The position numbers and the translations under genes were made by a program. DNA of 64,000 nt from the NCBI GenBank assembly GCA_016839705.1, contig JAEOTR010000048.1, positions 24,779-88,778 on the forward strand, written 5' to 3'. Numbering within the stretch: position 1 is the stretch's first letter; the number at the start of each line of letters is the position of its first letter. The notes below the pieces were generated by a model. The model worked only from the letters and a program-made list of their open reading frames with translations. It was not told the origin of the DNA and ran no database searches. This document shows, in pieces, positions 60,294 through 64,000 of this stretch. Origin of the DNA: Promethearchaeota archaeon. GTDB taxonomy: Archaea > Asgardarchaeota > Lokiarchaeia > Sigyniarchaeales > SOKP01.

Positions 60294-60665
60294 CGATTCT
60301 CTTGATTCTAAATTGGAAATAAATCTCACCTTTGCTTTGGTAAGTAAGACTTAAGTAATAACAGAATATTTAAGTTTTTACATTTTAGTAGAATGATAAG
60401 GTAGGATTTAATGAAGGAATTAAACAAATTTAAGGTATAAAGATTTTCAACTTTCATTATCAGAAATTTATTTTTTAAAACCCTAAATTATGAGAATTCT
60501 TTAAGGTTTTATCGCTAGAGAAGTTTCGAGAAATAGAGTGCAGATGAATGTATTGTTAATAAAAGAAGATTTAAATATGTAATGATTATTGTTTTTCCAT
60601 CAACGGCAATGTTAGAACTGAAAAAGAAAATGTTTGGTGAAGAATAATAAATTATTTGTTTTTCA

Positions 60666-61250
60666 TTATAAGGGTTTTGCCAAAATTGCTTTAACTCGTA
60701 ATTTATCAAATAAACTGGTCGTTGCTGGTTTAATTAGGCACACGGTGTCTGCACCACGTCCAGTACCACCTATACAAATAATATCTTGTTCAATATCTTC
60801 TATTAGACCAGCATCCACCGCCATGATTGCAATTTCCATACAAACTTTAGTGCCTTGGCTAAAAATAGTCCTAAAATATTTAGCCATTAATTCTACAGGC
60901 CCCCATTGCTTCAAAGCGATTCTAAAACTCCTTTCTGTACCAGCAAAAGCATGAGTTCCAATTAGAAATTTAATACCTTTACTCTTAAGAGCAGTGATTT
61001 TATCTTCAGGAAATTCCTGTCTTTTGTCTGGTCCCATGAAATAATACGAATGAGTAACAACCACAAGATTATAAATTGTTGGATCAAAAATTTCGGTAGA
61101 TTTCTCAGCAGTGGTACCAGTGGTACTTGCCATAATAATATCTTTGATGCCAAACTGATCAGCATATTTTTTAGCAATTTCTAACGCTTTGTCAGTATTG
61201 TGAGGGCCACCCCTCTCAAAATAAGTCACTTCTAAATTTAAATCTCCCAT
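60666..61250 (-). CDS. pyruvate-kinase C-terminal-like alpha/beta protein (COG1751/MTH1675-like)
   Basis: YFERGGPHNT, MASTTGTTA, VVVTH, FSQGTKVCMEIAIMAVDAG, GGTGRGADT. Confidence 0.85.
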   Translation of the reverse strand: MGDLNLEVTYFERGGPHNTDKALEIAKKYADQFGIKDIIMASTTGTTAEKSTEIFDPTIYNLVVVTHSYYFMGPDKRQEFPEDKITALKSKGIKFLIGTHAFAGTERSFRIALKQWGPVELMAKYFRTIFSQGTKVCMEIAIMAVDAGLIEDIEQDIICIGGTGRGADTVCLIKPATTSLFDKLRVKAILAKPL

Positions 61251-61401
61251 ATTATGTCAGACTTTTTTCGTATAATTTTTTTTATTATTAGTATAGAATA
61301 TATTTCCAAATTAATGAAACTTATTTGATAAAATTACACTAGGCAAATTTAAAAATTCATGATCTATAGTTAATTACAGGTTTCAATTAAAATAAAAAAA
61401 G

Positions 61402-61923
61402 ATGGAGAAAATGGGAAAAGGTAGTAATATTGTTGCGGTAATTGCTCTCATCATGAGTCTTGGGTTAGGAGGTTTTATTATATATGACAATTATATTGCG
61501 ATACCTTCTACATTACCAGCAGAAAATCAATGGTATGATCCATCTACATCTGCGTTGTACATGCCAGCAAGTGAAGCTTGGGGGACTATTTCTAGTATAT
61601 CTATAATTTTTGAGGTTTTTTCAGGACAAAATGTGTATTTTTCATTTATGGCTGAATTAAATTTTGATGATAGCTCGAATCCTGGAAGTTATATTGAAAT
61701 TCATTTTGAAGTAGATGGCATTTTCTGGTCTCAACCTCGAATGTATGTAAGCAGATATAATATTCCACCTGCTTCTGCTCATGGTTTACGCATGTCTGCA
61801 TCATTACAGCATTATAACTCAACCATGACTTCAGGAAATCATACTGTTACATTAGTATACAAGGGAGATAGTACCGCTGATTCAGTTAGATCTGGTTCTT
61901 TATTTGTCCAAACTTTTAATTAA
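61402..61923 (+). CDS. membrane-anchored/secreted beta-sandwich hypothetical protein
   Basis: N-terminal TM helix; beta-rich body ending SGNHTVTLVYK...LFVQTF. Confidence 0.65.
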   Translation: MEKMGKGSNIVAVIALIMSLGLGGFIIYDNYIAIPSTLPAENQWYDPSTSALYMPASEAWGTISSISIIFEVFSGQNVYFSFMAELNFDDSSNPGSYIEIHFEVDGIFWSQPRMYVSRYNIPPASAHGLRMSASLQHYNSTMTSGNHTVTLVYKGDSTADSVRSGSLFVQTFN

Positions 61924-62086
61924 TTTTTTCTATTCTTCATATTTTAAACCGGTTGTTCTAATTAGACGTGTATTATTAAGATCGAAGTTAGTATTAATAA
62001 GTATTAATATAGTTTTAAAAAGATAAAAATCTAAATACACATAATAGCAATTTATTGCAAATTTAAACACAAATACGGGATATAAT

Positions 62087-63496
62087 ATGAGTGAAAGAGA
62101 ATTAACTTTAAAAGAAAAAGTATTATTTGGGTTAAGCGCTTTCCCAGACCAGTTGACTTATCAGGCATTCACTATTTACGTTTTTACCTTTTACTTTGCA
62201 ATTGTAGGTCTTACAGTCCTTGAAATGTGGATTGGGTTCGTTTTATGGGGTTTGTGGAACATGTTCAATGACCCTCTTTTAGGAGCATTAAGTGAAAAAA
62301 CCAAGTATAAAGGAAAATTAGGAAAACGGAAATTCTATTTAATTATTTCATTTATTCCTTTATCATTAATGATGATTTTTCTCTATACAACACCCCCCAG
62401 CTTTGAATTCTTGTATTTTATTTTTATAATTTTTACATTTGAATTCTTTTATACAATGTTCTCAGTAAATACAAATGCAGTATTTCCCGAAATGTTTCCA
62501 ACAGAAGAGCAAAGAGGGCAGGTAAATGTTTTCATAAAAGCTTTTACCATGATTGGGATCATTTTAGCTTCATTGGTTCCAACATTTATTATTGATCCTC
62601 TAGTTCCTAATAAAGAAGATGCAATACCAGATACGTTTGAAGCAGCACAGATTCATCCGAATTACATTATAGCAGGTATAATTTTATGTGTTATAGTATT
62701 GGTTATGGCAATATTATTCGTTTTTTTTGCTGTCAAGGAGAAAGAAGAAGATCAATCAGATTTTCAAAAAAGACCAGGATTTTTTGAATCCTTGAAAATA
62801 ACCTTTTCTAATAAAACCTTTATTAAATTCACATTAGGGAATATGCTTATTTGGTATTGTTTTAATGTGTTATTAACTGTTTTTCCTCTGTTTTCCGTTG
62901 AGGTTCTCGGAAGAACTCAAGGATCTCTGCTCATTGGAATAACATTGATGTTGGCATTGTTATCTGCTACTTTCTTTCTGCCACTTCAAGAGTGGATCAG
63001 AAAAAAAGTAGGTACTCGGAAAGGGCTTATGATAGGTATGGGCATATGGATTATCACCTTGTTTCCTTTAGTTTTCCTCTCAAATAATGACATAAGCAGA
63101 ATACTTTCAATGGTAATTTTTGTTACTATAGGTTTTGGATTGTCAGCGGCATTATATTTTATCGATTTAATTCATGGAGACGTAATTGATCAAGACGCTC
63201 TTAATTTTGGAGTAAAAAGAGCTGCTAGTTATTATGGAGTAAATGCATTTATTCATCGATTTTCAATGATACTTGGTATTACAACAATTTACATAATATT
63301 CACAGGCACTGGATGGGAAGGATATTCTATTAATGTAGATCCTGCTTTAATAGATTTAGGTTTGAAATTAATAATGTTTGTCTTTCCCGCAATCGCACTT
63401 GTAGGATCGATCATTATGTTTAAACTTTATGATTTACACGGGGAAAAACTCGAAAACATGAGGAATGAATTGGAAAAGCATCCTGAATTAAAGTAA
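62087..63496 (+). CDS. MFS transporter, glycoside-pentoside-hexuronide (MelB-like) family
   Basis: WNMFNDPLLGALSEKT...GKRK, FPEMFP, GDVIDQD...KRAASYYG; ~12 TM helices. Confidence 0.88.
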   Translation: MSERELTLKEKVLFGLSAFPDQLTYQAFTIYVFTFYFAIVGLTVLEMWIGFVLWGLWNMFNDPLLGALSEKTKYKGKLGKRKFYLIISFIPLSLMMIFLYTTPPSFEFLYFIFIIFTFEFFYTMFSVNTNAVFPEMFPTEEQRGQVNVFIKAFTMIGIILASLVPTFIIDPLVPNKEDAIPDTFEAAQIHPNYIIAGIILCVIVLVMAILFVFFAVKEKEEDQSDFQKRPGFFESLKITFSNKTFIKFTLGNMLIWYCFNVLLTVFPLFSVEVLGRTQGSLLIGITLMLALLSATFFLPLQEWIRKKVGTRKGLMIGMGIWIITLFPLVFLSNNDISRILSMVIFVTIGFGLSAALYFIDLIHGDVIDQDALNFGVKRAASYYGVNAFIHRFSMILGITTIYIIFTGTGWEGYSINVDPALIDLGLKLIMFVFPAIALVGSIIMFKLYDLHGEKLENMRNELEKHPELK

Positions 63497-63551
63497 AAAT
63501 AATTAATTTCATTTTTATTTTTTATTTTGAAATATATTTTTTTGTAGGGAT

Positions 63552-64000
63552 ATGAACAGTAAAGATAGAGTCTGGTCCGCATTAAATTTAGAAACTGTTG
63601 ATAGGATTCCAATACATGCTGTTGCTGTAGATGGAAATATTTGTGATGAAGTACTTGGAAAACCACCTAGGACAGCGTTCGATATCTTTGATGAATTTGA
63701 GGACCAATATCCCACTGATTGGATTGAGCGGGTTAACAATATAATAGCAGAAATAGAAATTAACGTCTTTTCACGGTCAATGGAAACTGCAGCAGCAATA
63801 GGCTATGATACGTGTGGAGTTGGGTATATCCCATTTAAATTTGAGAGTAAGGAAAAAATGACGGATATTTTTGGACGAGTTTACAAAATAATGAATGATC
63901 ATGGTCATATTTTTCCATATTATATTGATGGATTGATTAAAAATCAGCAAGATTGGGAAAACTTTCCAAAACCTGATATACCTGAAATCTACAAACGAGC
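63552..64000 (+). CDS. uroporphyrinogen decarboxylase/MtaA-like family protein (partial, runs off window end)
   Basis: Hand translation MNSKDRVWSALNLETVDRIP...DIFGRVY...YYIDGLIKNQQDWENFPKPD; frame open to the window end. Confidence 0.7.
   Translation, partial: MNSKDRVWSALNLETVDRIPIHAVAVDGNICDEVLGKPPRTAFDIFDEFEDQYPTDWIERVNNIIAEIEINVFSRSMETAAAIGYDTCGVGYIPFKFESKEKMTDIFGRVYKIMNDHGHIFPYYIDGLIKNQQDWENFPKPDIPEIYKR

Noticed and set aside
2345-63739. The many 60–120-aa ORFs antisense to or nested in long genes (e.g. 3514..3747, 10137..10496, 38071..38406, 58153..58494, 60634..60954, 63515..63739)
   Set aside because: They overlap well-supported CDSs, have no motifs, and show typical shadow-ORF composition.
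1-64000. tRNA/rRNA genes, IS elements, provirus
   Set aside because: Intergenic regions are uniformly AT-rich with no cloverleaf-like GC stems; no transposase, integrase or viral structural genes recognised.

Overview
AT-rich, gene-dense archaeal DNA. The gene content points to an Asgard archaeon, probably Lokiarchaeia-like (inference): an actin-family gene, longin-like domains, a longin–small-GTPase fusion, an IPGY-type C-terminal sorting signal, TFIIB and a tungsten aldehyde oxidoreductase. About 50 CDSs are present. Housekeeping and metabolic genes include M32 carboxypeptidase, CDP-alcohol phosphatidyltransferase, purD, topoisomerase IA, endonuclease IV, AOR, TFB, two LLM oxidoreductases, acyl-CoA ligase, tdh/kbl, an HDAC-family deacetylase and an MFS transporter. 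I found no rRNA, tRNA, CRISPR array or transposase. Five signals stand out. (1) A divergent actin sits about 1 kb from a coiled-coil / Pro-rich protein ending in a WH2-like helix+LKKI motif, with a wHTH gene preceded by a perfect 17-bp repeat just downstream. (2) Two P2-like P-type ATPases carry P-I-N-(L/I)-P instead of PEGLP in M4 (Ile at the P4-flippase position) and His at the M6 Asp position. (3) A 'stacked' locus at 49.8–57.6 kb has HDAC and DUF362 remnants bracketing two different cargo blocks. (4) A TMEM62-like metallophosphoesterase overlaps a permease gene. (5) There is a longin–pseudo-GTPase and a single-pass surface protein with a cytoplasmic longin-like tail. All family assignments come from motif recognition by eye, not database searches.
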